From assembly GCF_009914755.1 (NCBI RefSeq), contig NC_060937.1: a stretch of 64,000 nucleotides of DNA. The stretch is one strand, 5' to 3'. Shown piece after piece: positions 33,762-48,925 of this stretch; position 1 is the first letter of the stretch; the number at the start of each line of letters is the position of its first letter. A program made the position numbers and the translations under genes. Below the pieces are notes generated by a model. The model saw only the letters and a list, made by a program, of their open reading frames with translations. It ran no database searches and had not been told where the DNA came from. This stretch comes from the human T2T-CHM13v2.0 reference genome, Homo sapiens.

Positions 33762-33994
33762 CTTTGGATTTTAATAGTTTGACCTTCAGTAATGAGCTTC
33801 ATGAAAGATCTGAGAATTTGAAAGTTGGTGATCTATGTCCATTTGTGTCTCCACCAATGACCAACACTGTGTTGGGATCCACAGACTTGGGGAAGATGAA
33901 CTTAATAGATTAAGAAAAGATGACCACTGCAGCTGCATTTCTATTTTGGAATCACACTCTCCGTGACCTGTGTGAGTCACAGCTACCAGAAAAC
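33762..33994 (+). CDS. Exon 6. Its coding part encodes ALDFNSLTFSNELHERSENLKVGDLCPFVSPPMTNTVLGSTDLGKMNLID and ends at a TAA at 33911-33913. The exon itself continues to a gtaataaag donor at about 33995. An alternative acceptor lies 9 nt upstream at 33753 and is also in frame.
   Basis: Acceptor (ttactttcagctttttcag|) and downstream donor. The cumulative ORF over exons 1-6 is about 220-226 aa. An in-frame stop inside a non-terminal exon suggests that the downstream exons are UTR or that the RNA is non-coding or subject to nonsense-mediated decay. Confidence 0.45.
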
Positions 33995-34805
33995 AAAGAC
34001 AGCAAAGAAGGTAATAAAGAAGCATAGAGAATTCAGTCCCAGTGTAGCTGTACTTGGCTTCATAATACCATAGTTGTAACTTTTAAAGAATCATTTTGTG
34101 GCAAAGTGTGTATTGTGTTTACACCCCCCTTATACAAGCTACAACCAAACAGAGGACCTATCAGCAGGGCATTTATGTTCTTCCTTTAACCAAAGCAACA
34201 TAAAAATAAGAAAGAGAATGAGATGGACGAGTAATTTTGTTTAGGCTAGCATTTAACATAAACTTGAATGTGAGTCCAAGGATTACATGCAGAACTTTGG
34301 GACTGGGGGGGAGATGTTTGATTGCCTGCTCAAACACAATGTGGTTTCTTTGCTTTATTTCCATAGCTCTGAATTTGTATCAGTTGTAACTATATAAAAT
34401 GTTGCCCCTAAAGCACCTTCCAAACCCCAAAATTAAGTTATTTTTAATAACTTCTGTGACTTTATGTAGTATAGAATTGTCTTTCCCAGTATGAATGGGT
34501 ATCCTTGAGAATTTGCTAGATGGTGTCTTTTCAGCTGTGTTCACACAGTTTATCACCTTGTTTTCATGAATAACAATTTACTAGGAATACTAGTTTGAAG
34601 GAAGGTGGTGTCATTAAAAATAACATGAAAATACATTTTAATTTTACTAGGACACATAATCTGTTGAATAATTGCATCTAATATGTGTTCTACTTTATGT
34701 CCCAGTTAAATTCATTGTCTTTAATAAGGTATACGATCAGATCTATATAGTAATAAATCATAAAATATTTTTGCACCCCAATAGTTTCATTTCCTTTTTT
34801 ACACG

Positions 34806-34989
34806 GCAAAACCCAGTCTCTTGAAAAAATACAAAATTAGCCGAGCATGGCAGCTGCCTGTGGTCCCAGATACTCAGAGGCTGAGGTGGGAGAATCTCTA
34901 GAGTCTGGGAGGCAGAGATTGTAGTTAGCTGAGATCGCACCACTGTGCTCCAGCCTGGGCTACTGAGCAAGACCTTGTCTCAAAAAAAA
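34806..34989 (+). mobile_element. Alu right-arm fragment with poly-A.
   Basis: The string aaaattagccgagcatggcagctgcctgtggtcccagatactcagaggctgaggtgggagaatctc...ccactgtgctccagcctgggc...aaaaaaaa. Confidence 0.85.
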
Positions 34990-35340
34990 TGACACAAAAG
35001 AAAAGATGATTTGAAAGATTGTCCCATACAGTTTAGGACAAAAGGGATAGACATGCATAGAAAGAATGTACATTTCAGGTGGTAAATATACACTAGGAAA
35101 ATCAATGCAGTGCTAAGGCAGCCCCAAGGAAAGAGATGCCTGTTTTTCTGAGGAAAGATAGCAAGAATCAAGGAATACTTCACACAGCAATGTGAGTGAT
35201 GAAAAAGAAATGGTTAGAATAGTAGAGGAAAACATTTCTGATATCGAGAACAGGATGTACACTGGTAAAGTATAAACAGTTACAGTAATTCTGGAAATCA
35301 TTGATTATAGGCATAATGTGTTGTTAAGAATGGCACTACT

Positions 35341-35560
35341 GGACCGAGCGCGGTGGCTCACGCCTGTAATCCCAGCATTTTGGGATGCTGAGGCAGGCAG
35401 ATCACCTGAGGTCAGGAGTTCAAGATCAGCCTGGTTAACATGGTGAAACCCCATCTCTACTAAAAATACAAAATTTAGCGGCTTGAGCCACCTCACCCGG
35501 CTGAAAATTTTTTTAAGACAGGCTCTCACTGTGTCACCCACACTGGAGTTTGAGTGAATG
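35341..35560 (+). mobile_element. Alu fragments: a plus-strand left monomer at 35341-35475, plus a short minus-strand Alu 5' piece at about 35515-35560.
   Basis: The string ggaccgagcgcggtggctcacgcctgtaatcccagcattttgggatgctgaggcaggcagatcacctgaggtcaggagttcaagatcagcctgg... followed by gacaggctctcactgtgtcacccacactggagt. Confidence 0.75.
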
Positions 35561-36612
35561 CAATCTTAATGGCCACAATCAATATTCTTTTTTAGGTCAC
35601 AGTCAAAATTCTTTATTGATAAAGACCTCTCATGTTTATCTCAAAAGAAGCTTTAAGGATTGTCTAGGAATCACCACATGCTATTTAGGTTCTATGTCTC
35701 AAAAAAAGAAAATGCTAAAATAATGTAGAACATTTAAATTCACTATTACTAATTACACAGTTTTCTGTGATTGGAAATGGTCATCAAACCAAAGGGAAAA
35801 TTGCAATTTTCATACGTTATCTTGAGTAATTTCACTTAGAGATTTCATTGAAGTTAATTCTTCGTCACTATTGTTGGTAAATTAAGAGTTTTTAGGAAGC
35901 AGTTTCTGTAATGAAATTTCAGATGTTTTGAATATTTCTGTTTTATAGTTAACTGTGCAATACTTTTATTGAGGTTTTCAAATACAATTACTGTGCAGTT
36001 AAAGAAAGCAATGTTATGTCCAGCTTTCAGTAATTGCTTGTATGGGCTATCTGTAGTCCCTGGATGAAATAATGCTTGAGTAGATGAATAAAAATACATG
36101 AATGAATTATAATATTTAGACAATGAAGATTGCCTATAACCTTATTTTTAGCATAATTCCCTAAAGCTATTTGTGTTATATGTTTGAATGCATTTCAATA
36201 TGAACTTGGTAACTGTCATTTCTATTTTAAGACTTCAGTGACCTGGGAGGAGAAAATAATTGGGCCCAGTGGTTATTATTACTAGATTTTCCTTTGCTTG
36301 AATCTAGGCTTGTGTCTTTCATCTATTGGAATAAAAGCATTAAAAATAATCTGTGGTATATTTTATATAATCTGATTCATTGGTAATCTAATCTTGCAAT
36401 ATAAACTGGGTGCATTAAGCACTTGTAGTATATTAAGCCTGGGAGACTGAAGTTTCTTTTCAGCGTTCCTATTAAGTATATGGTGATGGAAATTTTTCAA
36501 AATTTTTAATGGAAAATGATGTCCCAATTCACTCTTTTCTTTTTGATTTTAGATGGGAAATGTAAAGTCATAAGATCAATAGGTTGACTGTGACAACTAT
36601 ATTTACTTACAG

Positions 36613-36670
36613 AGAGAACAGGAAATGAGAATGGGTGATGTGGGTCCCCATGAAGCAATAAACATAGGAG
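36613..36670 (+). pseudogene. PSPC1: PSPC1-like exon. It encodes [19 protein letters not shown]. Compare PSPC1 ...[20 protein letters not shown]....
   Basis: Acceptor tttacttacag| and donor |gtaggga. The translated sequence matches the penultimate-region exon of human PSPC1 as I recall it, at about 15 of 19 residues. Confidence 0.55.
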
Positions 36671-37030
36671 GTAGGGATTTGAAGCAAAAGGCTTTTGTAA
36701 TTTATCATTTTTGGGGGGACTGTTTATGCTGTTTGTGGTATCTATATATCAGTAAGAAACTAAAATACGGGACCAACATTTCTAAAGGTGAAATCTCTTA
36801 CATCCATTAAACTGGAATGCAATACAATTATATTAAAAAATATGCCTGGGAAGAAAATTCTCATTTTGTTTTTGTTTGAAGGCTAAAAGATGTGTTATAC
36901 ATTCATAAGCTTAATGAAAGAAACATATAAACCAGGTTGTAATACAGCCTGAAAGGAGTGTAGTCATTGCATGGTGTAATACAGCTCTGTTTTTGCAGTT
37001 TTAAAATCAAATTTATGCCTTCTAATTGGC

Positions 37031-37334
37031 TTTTTTTTTTTTTTTTTTGGCAGGACCTCACTCTGTTGTGCATGCTGGAGTACAGTGGCGCAGTCTCTGC
37101 TCCCTGAAACCTCGACTTCCAGGGCTCAAGAGATCCTTCCATCTTACCAAGTAGCTGGGACTACAGGCACGCGCCACCATACCTGGCTTATTTTTTGTAT
37201 TTTTAGTAGAGACAGGATTTCACCATGTTGCCCAGGCTGGTCTTGAGCTCCTGGGCTCAAGCAGTTTGCTGGCGTTAGCTTCCCAAAGTGCTGATATTAC
37301 AGGTGTGAGCCACCTTGCCTGTCCTAATTGAACA
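37031..37334 (-). mobile_element. Alu (older, AluJ/S-like).
   Basis: A poly-T precedes ggcaggacctcactctgttgtgcatgctggagtacagtggcgc... and the element ends ...attacaggtgtgagccaccttgcctgtcc. Confidence 0.9.
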
Positions 37335-37386
37335 TTGGAAATTGATAGTTTCCGAGTTGGAAATTGATAGTTTCTGAGTTGTGTTT
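37335..37386. repeat. Short tandem duplication: two units of about 24 bp (gaaattgatagtttc(c/t)gagttg).
   Basis: Direct read. Confidence 0.8.
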
Positions 37387-40332
37387 TTAGGCTTTTAGAG
37401 AGCATTTTATACTTTTCTGTCTTAAACTAGCTTTTTGTGTAACTTTGAAGCTGTTTTCCTTCACTTTAATGAATATTGAACTTTTTTCCTTTAACCTACA
37501 GTATTGTGCACAGAAGTGCACTCAGTCTTTGTAGACTATGACTCGTCAAGGGAATTACATGTGTGTTGCCAATGCATGTTTTAGAGTTGACTAAGCTTTT
37601 AAGAAAGTATATTAGCAACTTCAGTTTGGATTTGCTCATATAGCCAAGTTGCAAGGGAAATAATGCCAAGTAAGTAACCTGAAGGAAAAACAAGTGTGGC
37701 ATATCGTAGGCCTTACTAAATTTGAAATTTGAAATGTCATACATTTGAAAGTTGGATACGGAATTAAATTTTATTAAATTAATTGTCCCACAAAAGCTGT
37801 CCCACATTAAATTGTCCTACAAAAGGTGTTATGAAGCTAAAAATCTTTATATAACTTAAATGTACATATTGTTTTAAAGATTACACTACCATGGCAAACA
37901 ATATTCTTAACATGCACACCCATTTACAAAATCAAGTATGTTCTTAGCATGTATAGTCTATCAAATGAAACTTAAAAGAAGTCATGTGTGGAATGAACAT
38001 TTTCCATGATCAGCTTTTTTTCTTAAACTTCTGTTGCCAGTTTTTCAGTACTACTAATCAGATGATGTAGAGTCATATATTGCTGTTTACTTGATCACTT
38101 TTTACCAACAAGTAGTTAGTGAATACTTCTGGTATATGCAGGAAGCAAGAAACATGGCCCTTGCCCATAAAGAACTTAATTGTGAAATTACTACAGTGGA
38201 TACGTGAAATAATTAATGAACCAAGAGTGTCTACATTCCAAACTATGAAGCATAATTGAGTATAATGATGTCCAAGTGGTCCAATATTTATGTCTTTTTT
38301 AGAGTAAATTTTGGGATGGTATTTAATATAATCCATGTAATTTTAAGGATTTTAGGAATAAGGTTATTGTAGATTATAGGCAGTTTAAAAGGCCATTATC
38401 ATTATTAGAGTGACATTAACATCAAAACTAAACTTTAAAATAGTATAAAACTTAAAACCGTTTCTGATGGTATAGAGATACTCTGCAATTTTATGAGAAG
38501 AAATATAAGAATATGCCTTTAGAGTCCTTATTTAGTTAGGAATTGAGGAGAATTAAAAATTTTTTGTGACATTTTATTCACCAGAGGACCTATTTACATT
38601 TTAGCACTTACTCTCCTAAAGTCCAGTTTATCTAATTTTCTCTTCAGTCTTCATTCAATGTGAGACTTCATCATAATGGTTTTGTAGAGCTATTAATCAT
38701 TATCATGCAGTTGGGTTGTTGGGAAGTTAAAACTGTCATAACTAATCAAGTTACATTGATGGAAAGTGGCAGCAGATTTTCTGGTGTATCACTAGTGTGT
38801 ATAACCAAGTGAAACCTACATTATAATGCTACCTTTCTAGTAACCAGATAATGCTAACATTTCTTAGATCCTTAAATTTATTTATAGCTATGTGGTGAAA
38901 GATATGAGTACTAAAAGTAAGGCTCTAAGTTAACTGCTGTTAGTTGGAAATATTATTTTTGATTTTTTTATACCCACAGATGTATAGTTATTTTCCAAAC
39001 CCACCATTGTAAAATTACATTCTATTAAAGAGAAAAAGAAGAAAAAGAAACTTAATTTGTTTTTTGGGGGATAGTTGAGGTAAGACCCTTCTTAGATATT
39101 GTTCTTGTACTCTCTTCATTTCTAGATTGTAGAAATTATTAAAATAGCTATTTAGGGCTATACTGAGGGAGTGAAAATATTCTTGGATAAAGTATATTTA
39201 TTGGCAAGAGCATTTGGGGTGAAGGAAACAATTCCTTCCCACGAAGTTGCTAGGTTCCTGGGGATTGGATTTGAAGAGCAGAAGTATGATGCAGGGGCTG
39301 GTAGGGACTCAGCCATGTAGAGAGTATAATGTATAATTTCAGCTGCATTATAATGTATCTTTGAGAAATTGAGTTCTTATTGTCAGAAAATTGATCTATG
39401 TAATGAAATACTAGAAGAAAACCCTAAATTAGAATGGCTTTGTTACGAATTTTTAATGATAAACAAGTGCTACCACTTAAAAGGGAAAAAAATTTTCAAA
39501 GAAAATACCTAAAAATGTGTTGTATTTGAGATCATCATATATGTAGTATTAGAGCACAGACACTATTAAAATTAATAGGAGGTAGGTGGATTTTTTTAAT
39601 GAAAAACTTGAAATATATCAGATTGTCCCCATTTATGGAATTTAAGCTTGTCAGAAAGATCCAGATAGCTATATATTTTATCTGCATTTGGTTGCGGTTG
39701 CTTTTAAAAATAAGTTTTGTTATAAGTCATTTCAATTTTTTTGTTTACATTCCATATTTCAATATAAAAAGTTAAAAGAGAGTACCTCCTGTAATTTAGC
39801 AAGGTATTCCATAAACTCAAGGAGGAAAAAAAAACTAACATGAGAGGCTAGTTATAATCATCTTTATGTATATATTGCAGGAAATTATTTCCTCTCTGGC
39901 AACTTAGCATAATTTACATGCTAATATTTTTAGCCACAGCTTAAAAAAATTAAGTGGTTTTGTAAGTGCTAATCCTTTGTTACTCATTTAAACTGGTAAA
40001 ATGTAGTCCCCATTGTTAGGTATTATTTGGTGTAAAAGCCAACTATAACAAATAATAGTGATGTCTCAGCTTGCAAACTGTTACAGTCTTAAATGCCCTA
40101 AAATAATTGATAGTTTCCTCATTGATTTTATGTACATTTGGCTTGGGGATGAAAATTCTAATTCGAGTGTAGGTAATGCCCTATTACAGATTAGATAATG
40201 CATATCACATTCTCAAGGAACAAAAATAATTTTAATAACGGTCTTGGTATATAGATTGCATAAATATTGTTAAATTTTAAATGTTTACTAAACTAAGATA
40301 GGACAGCTCTAAGTATAGATTGTTTTACATAG

Positions 40333-40502
40333 ATGTGTTTAACACAGCCCCTGCTGGTAACCAAGGTCCTCCTCCAATGACGGGTATGAATATGAACAAC
40401 AGAGCAACTATACCTGGCCCACCAGTGGGTCCTGGTCCTGCCATGGGACCAGAAGGAGCCGCAAATATGGGAACTCCAATGATGCCAGATAATGGAGCAG
40501 TG
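40333..40502 (+). pseudogene. PSPC1: PSPC1-like exon. It encodes (D)[56 protein letters not shown]. Compare PSPC1 [57 protein letters not shown].
   Basis: Acceptor tgttttacatag| and donor |gtaatgt. It overlaps the ORF-track entry 40320-40541. Identity to the PSPC1 Gly/Pro/Met-rich C-terminal region is high (about 50 of 56 residues from memory). No preceding PSPC1 core exons (RRM/NOPS) are visible in the window. Confidence 0.6.
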
Positions 40503-40887
40503 GTAATGTATCATAAACATTATTTTGATTATATTCAGTAATGTACACTTCTGCATCAAGGATAACTTCACACTTAATATAATTTGGTATCATTTGTTTT
40601 GGCAGCCAATGAAGAAGAAAATTTTGTGACATCATATGTTGATTTACTAGAGATAGTTTTTAAGTAGTCCAAGAATTAGGATTACTGTCTGTGGCATGCT
40701 GTGGTACCTCAGTATTTAGCAAATACATATGCTAATTACATTATTTTTCTGTGCTTTTAATTTGTATCCATCGTTTACCAGCATTCTAATGTTCAAGAAT
40801 TTTATGATGGTGTTCTTTTCCTGTGTGGACTCCTTATGTTTGATGGGGACAAAAGTCCAATATGTATGAACACAGAGTTTTCAGTAA

Positions 40888-41148
<261 letters not shown>

Positions 41149-41155
41149 TCAGTAA

Positions 41156-41760
<605 letters not shown>

Positions 41761-41997
41761 TTAGTTCCTGACACACAGTTCCTGAAGTCCTTGGAATCTC
41801 CAGAGTGATGACTGAATTAATCACCAATGGTGAATGGCAGTGATTATCAGTGAGAACCAAACCTAAGTCTGCAGGCTTAGGGCAGGGGCCCAGACAATTA
41901 GAGGGGCTCTTCTCTTTGAGACTTGTCATCTAGAACTCATTGTCACTGGAGGCCAAAGCATAAATGAGCCTATCGGTTGCCTTGGGTTACAAGAACA

Positions 41998-42313
<316 letters not shown>

Positions 42314-42748
42314 AAGTCTGAGTTTTTGTTGAGAAAGCCAAGTAGCAGTTCAGGGACTTGTGGCCACCAATTGTCTCTGAGATTCAAAGTCTGTTCTTTC
42401 TATTGGGGACTGAGATGGACAGATAATCATGCAGACTTAAGGAGGAGCCATAGCAATGATTTGGCATGGGAGGAAGTCTGAGCTAGCAAGAACTGGAGGA
42501 ATAATTTCCCTCTGTAGGAATTCCTGCTCTACCTACTTGCTATAGGAGTAAAGTGGTCATGATTTAAACAGTCTTGTCTGTACCTGTTATGTTATAAGGA
42601 TGTGTTCATGGCCCTATCTGCTAAGAGTGAGTTGTTCTTATAAATAAAATAAAAATTAGTAAATTTATACACAATTTGTTATGCAAATCCTAAGAGTGAT
42701 ATTCCAAAAAGCCAAATTTTAGAAGTAAATAAGTACATAAATTGGCCT

Positions 42749-43181
<433 letters not shown>

Positions 43182-43382
43182 TCAGGACTGGTCAGAAGGA
43201 CAGTAAGTCCTCAAGGCACCAGCCCCTACTTCTCCACACAGATTGAGAGGTAAGTATTCTAAGCTCTCTGCAGGGCCCATATCCTGGATGTGGACACCCA
43301 GTCCTGCTAGGACCTGCTTCCAGAAGAGTTGATCCCAGCCATGAAACTGCCCTGATATCTTTATCCTGTATCAGCCTTGTGA

Positions 43383-43555
43383 GTAGTCAGTAACTGGGAC
43401 CACAGGCGCGTGCCAACAAGCCTGCTTAATTTTTTTTGTAGAGACGGGTTTCGTCATGTTGCCCAGGCTGGTCTGGAACTCCTGAGCTCAAGTGATGCAC
43501 CTGCCTCGGTTTCCCAAAGTGCTGGGATTACAGGCGTGAGCCACCACGTGCAGCC
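43383..43555 (-). mobile_element. Alu fragment (3' portion of the element).
   Basis: The string ...ggcgcgtgccaacaagcctgcttaattttttttgtagagacgggtttcgtcatgttgcccaggctggtctggaactcctgagctcaagtgatgcacctgcctcggtttcccaaagtgctgggattacaggcgtgagccaccacg. Confidence 0.8.
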
Positions 43556-44160
43556 CAATTTGTGATCTTTTATGCATTGTTTCTTTCATGTAGCATGTTT
43601 TCAAGGTTTATCCAACTTGCAGTGTATTAATGCTGAATAATATTTCATTGTGTAGACATACTGTATTTTTATTTTTAAAATTTTGTTTATTTTTCATTGG
43701 TACACAATAAATATTTGTACATATTTATGGGGAACAGATATGTTGTTACATGCATAGAATGTGTGATGATCAATCAGGGTGTTAAAGGTATCTGTCACTT
43801 TGAGTATTTGCCATTTCTATATGTTAGGAACATTTCAAGTCCTCTCTTATAGCTATTTTGAAACACACAATACATTGTTGCTAACTGTAGTCACCCTACT
43901 CTGCTATAGAACATTCAAACTTATTCCTTCTGTCTAACTGTATTAACCAACCACCACTTTTCCCTGCCAACCCTCACATGCTTCCCAGCCTCTGGTATCT
44001 TATCTATCCACCATCAACTTTCTTAGCTCCTACATATGTGATAACATGCAATATTTGTCTCTCTGTGCCTGGCTTACTTCACATAACAATGACTTCCAGT
44101 TCCATCCATGTTGCTGCACACGACATGATTTTATTCTTTTTTATGGCTGAATAGTACTTG

Positions 44161-44260
44161 AAAAAAAAAAAATATATATATATATATATATCACATTTTC
44201 TTTCCTTCTTTCTTTCTTTCTTTCTCTTTGTCTGTCTGTCTTTCTTTCTTTCTTTCCTTT
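44161..44260. repeat. Compound simple repeat: poly-A, (TA)n, (TTTC)n.
   Basis: Direct read: aaaaaaaaaaaatatatatatatatatatat...tttctttctttc. Confidence 0.9.
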
Positions 44261-44560
44261 TTTTCTTTTTTGAGACAGAGTCTTGCCCTGTTGGCCAGGC
44301 TGGAGTGCAGTGGTGCAATCTTGGCTCACTGCAACCTCCACCTCCCGGGTGCAAGCAATTCTCTGCCTCAGCCTCCTGAGTAATCCCGAGTAGCTGGGAT
44401 TACAGGCATCCGCCACCATGCCTGGCTAATTTTTGTATTTTTAGTAGAGACAGGGTTTCACCATCTTGGGCAGGCTGCTCTTGAACTCCTGACCTCGTGA
44501 TCCACCTGCCTTGGCCTCCCAAAGTGCTGGGATTACAGGCCTGAGCCACCGTGCCCAGCC
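44258..44560 (-). mobile_element. Alu.
   Basis: The string ttttttgagacagagtcttgccctgttggccaggctggagtgcagtggtgcaatcttggctcactgcaacctccacctcccggg... ends ...gcctgagccaccgtgcccagcc. Confidence 0.9.
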
Positions 44561-44951
44561 CACATTTTCTTTATTCATTTGTTTGTTGATGGACACTTAG
44601 GTTGATTCTATATTTTTGCTATTGTGAATGGTGCTGCAGTAAACATGGAAGTACAGGTATCATCTCTTTGATGTACTGGTTTTGTTTCGTTTGTATAAAC
44701 ACCCAGTAGTGGCATTGCTGGATTGTGTGGTAGTTCTATTTTCAGTTTCCTGAGAAATCTCCATACTGTTTTCCACAGTGATTATACTAATTTACATTCT
44801 TACTCAGCAGTGTAAAAGAGTTCCCCTTTCTCCACATCCTCACCCACATCCATTATTATTTTGTCTTTTTAATCATAGCCATTCTCACTGGGTGAAAATG
44901 ATAGCTCATTGTGGTTTTAATTTGCATTTCCTTTATGATTAGTGAGATTGA

Positions 44952-45332
<381 letters not shown>

Positions 45333-46424
45333 CTCTTTTTACTGTTTTTGACTTAAAGTCTGTTTTATCTGATATAAGTATAGCTACTCCTGATCACTTT
45401 TGGTTTCCCTTTGCACAGAATATCTTTTTCCACTCCTTTCCTTTCAGTCTATATGTCTCCACAGGTGAGGTGAGTTTCTTGTAGGCAGCATATATTTGGG
45501 TCATTTTTATTTTTAAAATCCATTCAGCCTGTCTATATCTTTTCAGTGGAAAGTTTAATCCATTTACATTGAAGACTATTTTTGATATGTGAGGGTTATT
45601 CCTGTCATTTTATTAATTGATTTCTGTTGCTTTATTTGTCCTTTGTCTCTTTCTTTCTCTCTTATTGTTTATCACTGTGGATTGGTGGTTTTCTTTAGTG
45701 AAAACCTTTGAATTGTTTTTCTTATTTGTGTGCTTGCTCTACCAGTGGGTTTTATACTTTCCTGTGTTTCCATGATGGTAGATACCATCCTTTTGCTTCT
45801 GGGTATAAGACTCCCTTACATATTTCTTATATAGCTGGTCTAGTGGTGATGAATTCCCTCAGCTTTTGCTTGTCTGGGCAAGACATTATTTCACCTTCAT
45901 TTATGAAAGATAACTTTTCTGGATGTAGTTTCCTTGGCTGATGGTTTTTTTCTTTCTGAACTTAGAATATATCATGCCATTCTTTCTTGGCCTGTAAGGC
46001 TTATGCTGAGAAATCAACTGTTAGTCTGATAGGAGTTCCCTTATTTTCTCCTGCTGTTTTTAGAATTTTTCTCTGTCTTCAATTTTTGACAATTTGATGA
46101 TAATGGGCCATGGAGAAGATCTTTTTGAATTATATCTGTTTGGGGATCTGTGCGCTTCCTGTATCTGCATGTCTAAATCTCTTGCTACACTTGGAAAGTT
46201 TTGTTACTTTGTTAAATAGCTTTTCTATCCCCTTGGTTTGTTCTTTGCCTTCTGAGACACTGAAAATTCAAATGTTTGGTTGCTTTGTGGTGTCCCATGT
46301 GTCATGTAGGCTTTGTTCATTGCTTTTTTCTTTTTTTTTAATTTTTGTATGATGGGGTTATTTTAAAAGATCTGTCTTCAAGTTCTGAAATTTGTTATAC
46401 TGCTTGACCTAGTCTGTTGTTGAA

Positions 46425-46728
46425 TTTTTTTTTTTTTTTTTTTTTTTGAGACAGAGTCTGTCTCTGTTGCCCAGGCTGGAGTGCAGTGGTGCCATCTTGG
46501 CTCACTGCAACCTCTGCCTCCTGGGTTCAAGCAATTCTTATCCCTCAGCGTCCTGATTGGCTGGGATTATAGGCACACACTACCATACCCAGCTAATTTT
46601 TGTGTTTTTGTAGAGATGGGGTTTTGCCATGTTGGCCAGGCTAGTTTCGAACTCCTGATCTCAGACAATCTGCCTGCCTAAGCCTCCCAAAGTGCTGAGA
46701 TTACAGGCATGAGACACCATGCCTGGCC
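46425..46728 (-). mobile_element. Alu with a long poly-T.
   Basis: A poly-T precedes gagacagagtctgtctctgttgcccaggctggagtgcagtggtgccatcttggctcactgcaacctctgcc... and the element ends ...catgagacaccatgcctggcc. Confidence 0.9.
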
Positions 46729-47926
46729 TTTTTTTAATGTTTATTCCACATTGTGTCAGTCCTCACATGTCTCCTGGGATCCATCTGATATGTAATCTGT
46801 TGGTTTCCCAGCAGTAATAATTTCATGTAAAATCCCAAATCTGACCTGAAATATTTTCTCTTCTCATTATCTTTACATAAATATTAACCATTTTGACATA
46901 CTGAGATATAATTCAGTTGGTTCATGACTATGCTAGTAGCTCCATTTTTATATATAAATAGACATGCCTAAATCCCGTTTATTTTTTTGTATACACATTT
47001 ATTTAATTTTTAACTTTTAGGTTCAAGGGTACATGTGCAGGTTTGTTATATATGTAAATTTTGTGTCATAGGGGTTTGATGTACGGATTGTTTTGTCACT
47101 CAGGTGATAAGCATAGTACCTGATAGGTAGCTTTTTGATACTCACCATCCTCCAGCCTCCAACCCTCAAGTAGGACCCAATGTCTGTTGTTCCCATATTT
47201 GTGTTCATGTGTACTCAATGTTTAACTCCCACTTATAAGTGAGAACATGTGGTATTTGGTTTCCTGTTCCTGTGTTAGTTTGCTTAGAATAATTTTTAAG
47301 CTGGATCTGGATGGCCTCCAGCTCCATTCATATTACTGCAAAGTGCATGATCTTGTTTTTATTTTAGGGCTGCATAGTATTCCATGGTATATGTGTGCCA
47401 CATTTTTTTAATTCAGTTCACCATTGATGGGCACCTAGGTCAATTCTGTGTGTTTGCTATTGTGAATAGTGCTGCGATGAACATATGCATGCATGTGTCT
47501 TCATGGTAGAATGATATTTATATTCCTGTGGGTATATACTCAGTAATAGGATTGCTGGGTCACAGGGTAATTCTCAAGTTCTTTGAGAAATCACCAAACT
47601 GCTTTCCATAATGGCTGAACTAATTTACATATCCACCAGTAGTGTATAAGCATTCCCTTTCCTCTGCAACTTTGCCAGCATCTATTTTTTGGCTTTTTAA
47701 TAATAGCCATTCTGACTGGTATGAGATGGTATCACATTGTAGTTTTGATTTGCATTTCTCTAGGATCAGTGATGTTGAGCGCTTTTTCATGTTTGTTAGC
47801 TGTGTGTATGTCTTCTTTTGAGAAGTGTCTGTTCATGTCCTTTGCCCTTTTTTTTTTAATGACGTTTTTTGCTTGTAAATTTCTTTAAGTTCCTTATAGA
47901 TTCTGGATATTAGACCTTTGTCAGAC

Positions 47927-48118
47927 TCCACCTCCTGGGTTCAAGCAATTCTCCTGCCTCAGCCTCCTGAGTAGCTAGGATTACAGGCACCTGCCACCAC
48001 ACCTGGCTAATTTTTGTATTTTTAGTAGCAATGGGTTTTCACCATATTGGCCAGACTGGTCTCAAACTCCTGACCTCGTGATCCACCCACCCGCCTCAGC
48101 TTCCCAAAATGCTGGGAG
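47927..48118 (-). mobile_element. Alu fragment.
   Basis: The string ccacctcctgggttcaagcaattctcctgcctcagcctcctgagtagctaggattacaggcacctgccaccacacctggctaatttttgtatttttagtagcaatgggttttcaccatattggccagactggtctcaaactcctgacctcgtgatcc... Confidence 0.85.
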
Positions 48119-48592
48119 TTCTTTAGGTTTCTATTAGGTCCAATTGGTCAAGTGTTGAATTTAAGTCCAGAATTTCTGTGTTAGTTTTCCGTCTTTATGA
48201 TCTGTGTGATGTTATCAGTGGGGTGTTGAAGTCCCCTGACTATTGTTGTGTGGCTAAGTCTTTTCATAGGTCTAGAGGTATCTGTTTTATTAACCTGGGT
48301 GAGCCAATGTTGGGTGCATATATATTTAGGATAGTTAAGGCTTCTTGTTGAATTGAACTCCGTATCATTATGTAATGCTCTTCTTTGTCTTTTTTTACTA
48401 TTGTTGGTTTAAAGCCTGTTTTATCTGTTTTAGGAATAGTGACCCCTGCTCTTTTTTGTGTTTTGTTTGTGCGATAGATCTTTCTTCAACCCTTTACTTT
48501 GAACCTATTGGTGTTGTTACATGTGAGATGGGTCTCTTGAAGACAGCAGACAGATGGGTTTTGTTTTTTTAATCCAATTTCCACTCTGTGAC

Positions 48593-48593
<1 letters not shown>

Positions 48594-48639
<46 letters not shown>

Positions 48640-48642
48640 TTT
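48594..48642. repeat. (CTTT)n microsatellite.
   Basis: Direct read. Confidence 0.95.
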
Positions 48643-48925
48643 TTTTTCAGAATCTCTCTCTGTCATCAGGCTAGAGTGCAGTGGCATGATATTGGCTCAC
48701 AGCAACCTCTGACTCCTGAGTTCAAGTGCTTCTCCTGCCTCAGCCTCCTGAGTAGCTGGGATTATAGGCATGTGCCATCATGCTTGGCTAATTTTTATAT
48801 TTTTAGTAGAGACAGGGTTTCTCTACATTGGCCAGGATGGTCTCGATCTCCTGACCTCGTGATCTACCCACCTTGGCCTCCCAAAATGCTGGGATTACAG
48901 GAATAGCCACCGCACCCAGCCCACT
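48643..48925 (-). mobile_element. Alu.
   Basis: The string ttttttttcagaatctctctctgtcatcaggctagagtgcagtggcatgatattggctcacagcaacctctgactcctgagttcaagtg... ends ...caggaatagccaccgcacccagcc. Confidence 0.9.

Noticed and set aside
40320-40541. ORF-track ORF starting at the ATG at 40320 ([15 protein letters not shown]...).
   Set aside because: The ATG and the first residues (MFYI) lie in the intron and acceptor region. The homologous PSPC1 reading frame enters at the acceptor at 40333, not at this ATG. The match is an exon of a pseudogene, not a standalone ORF.
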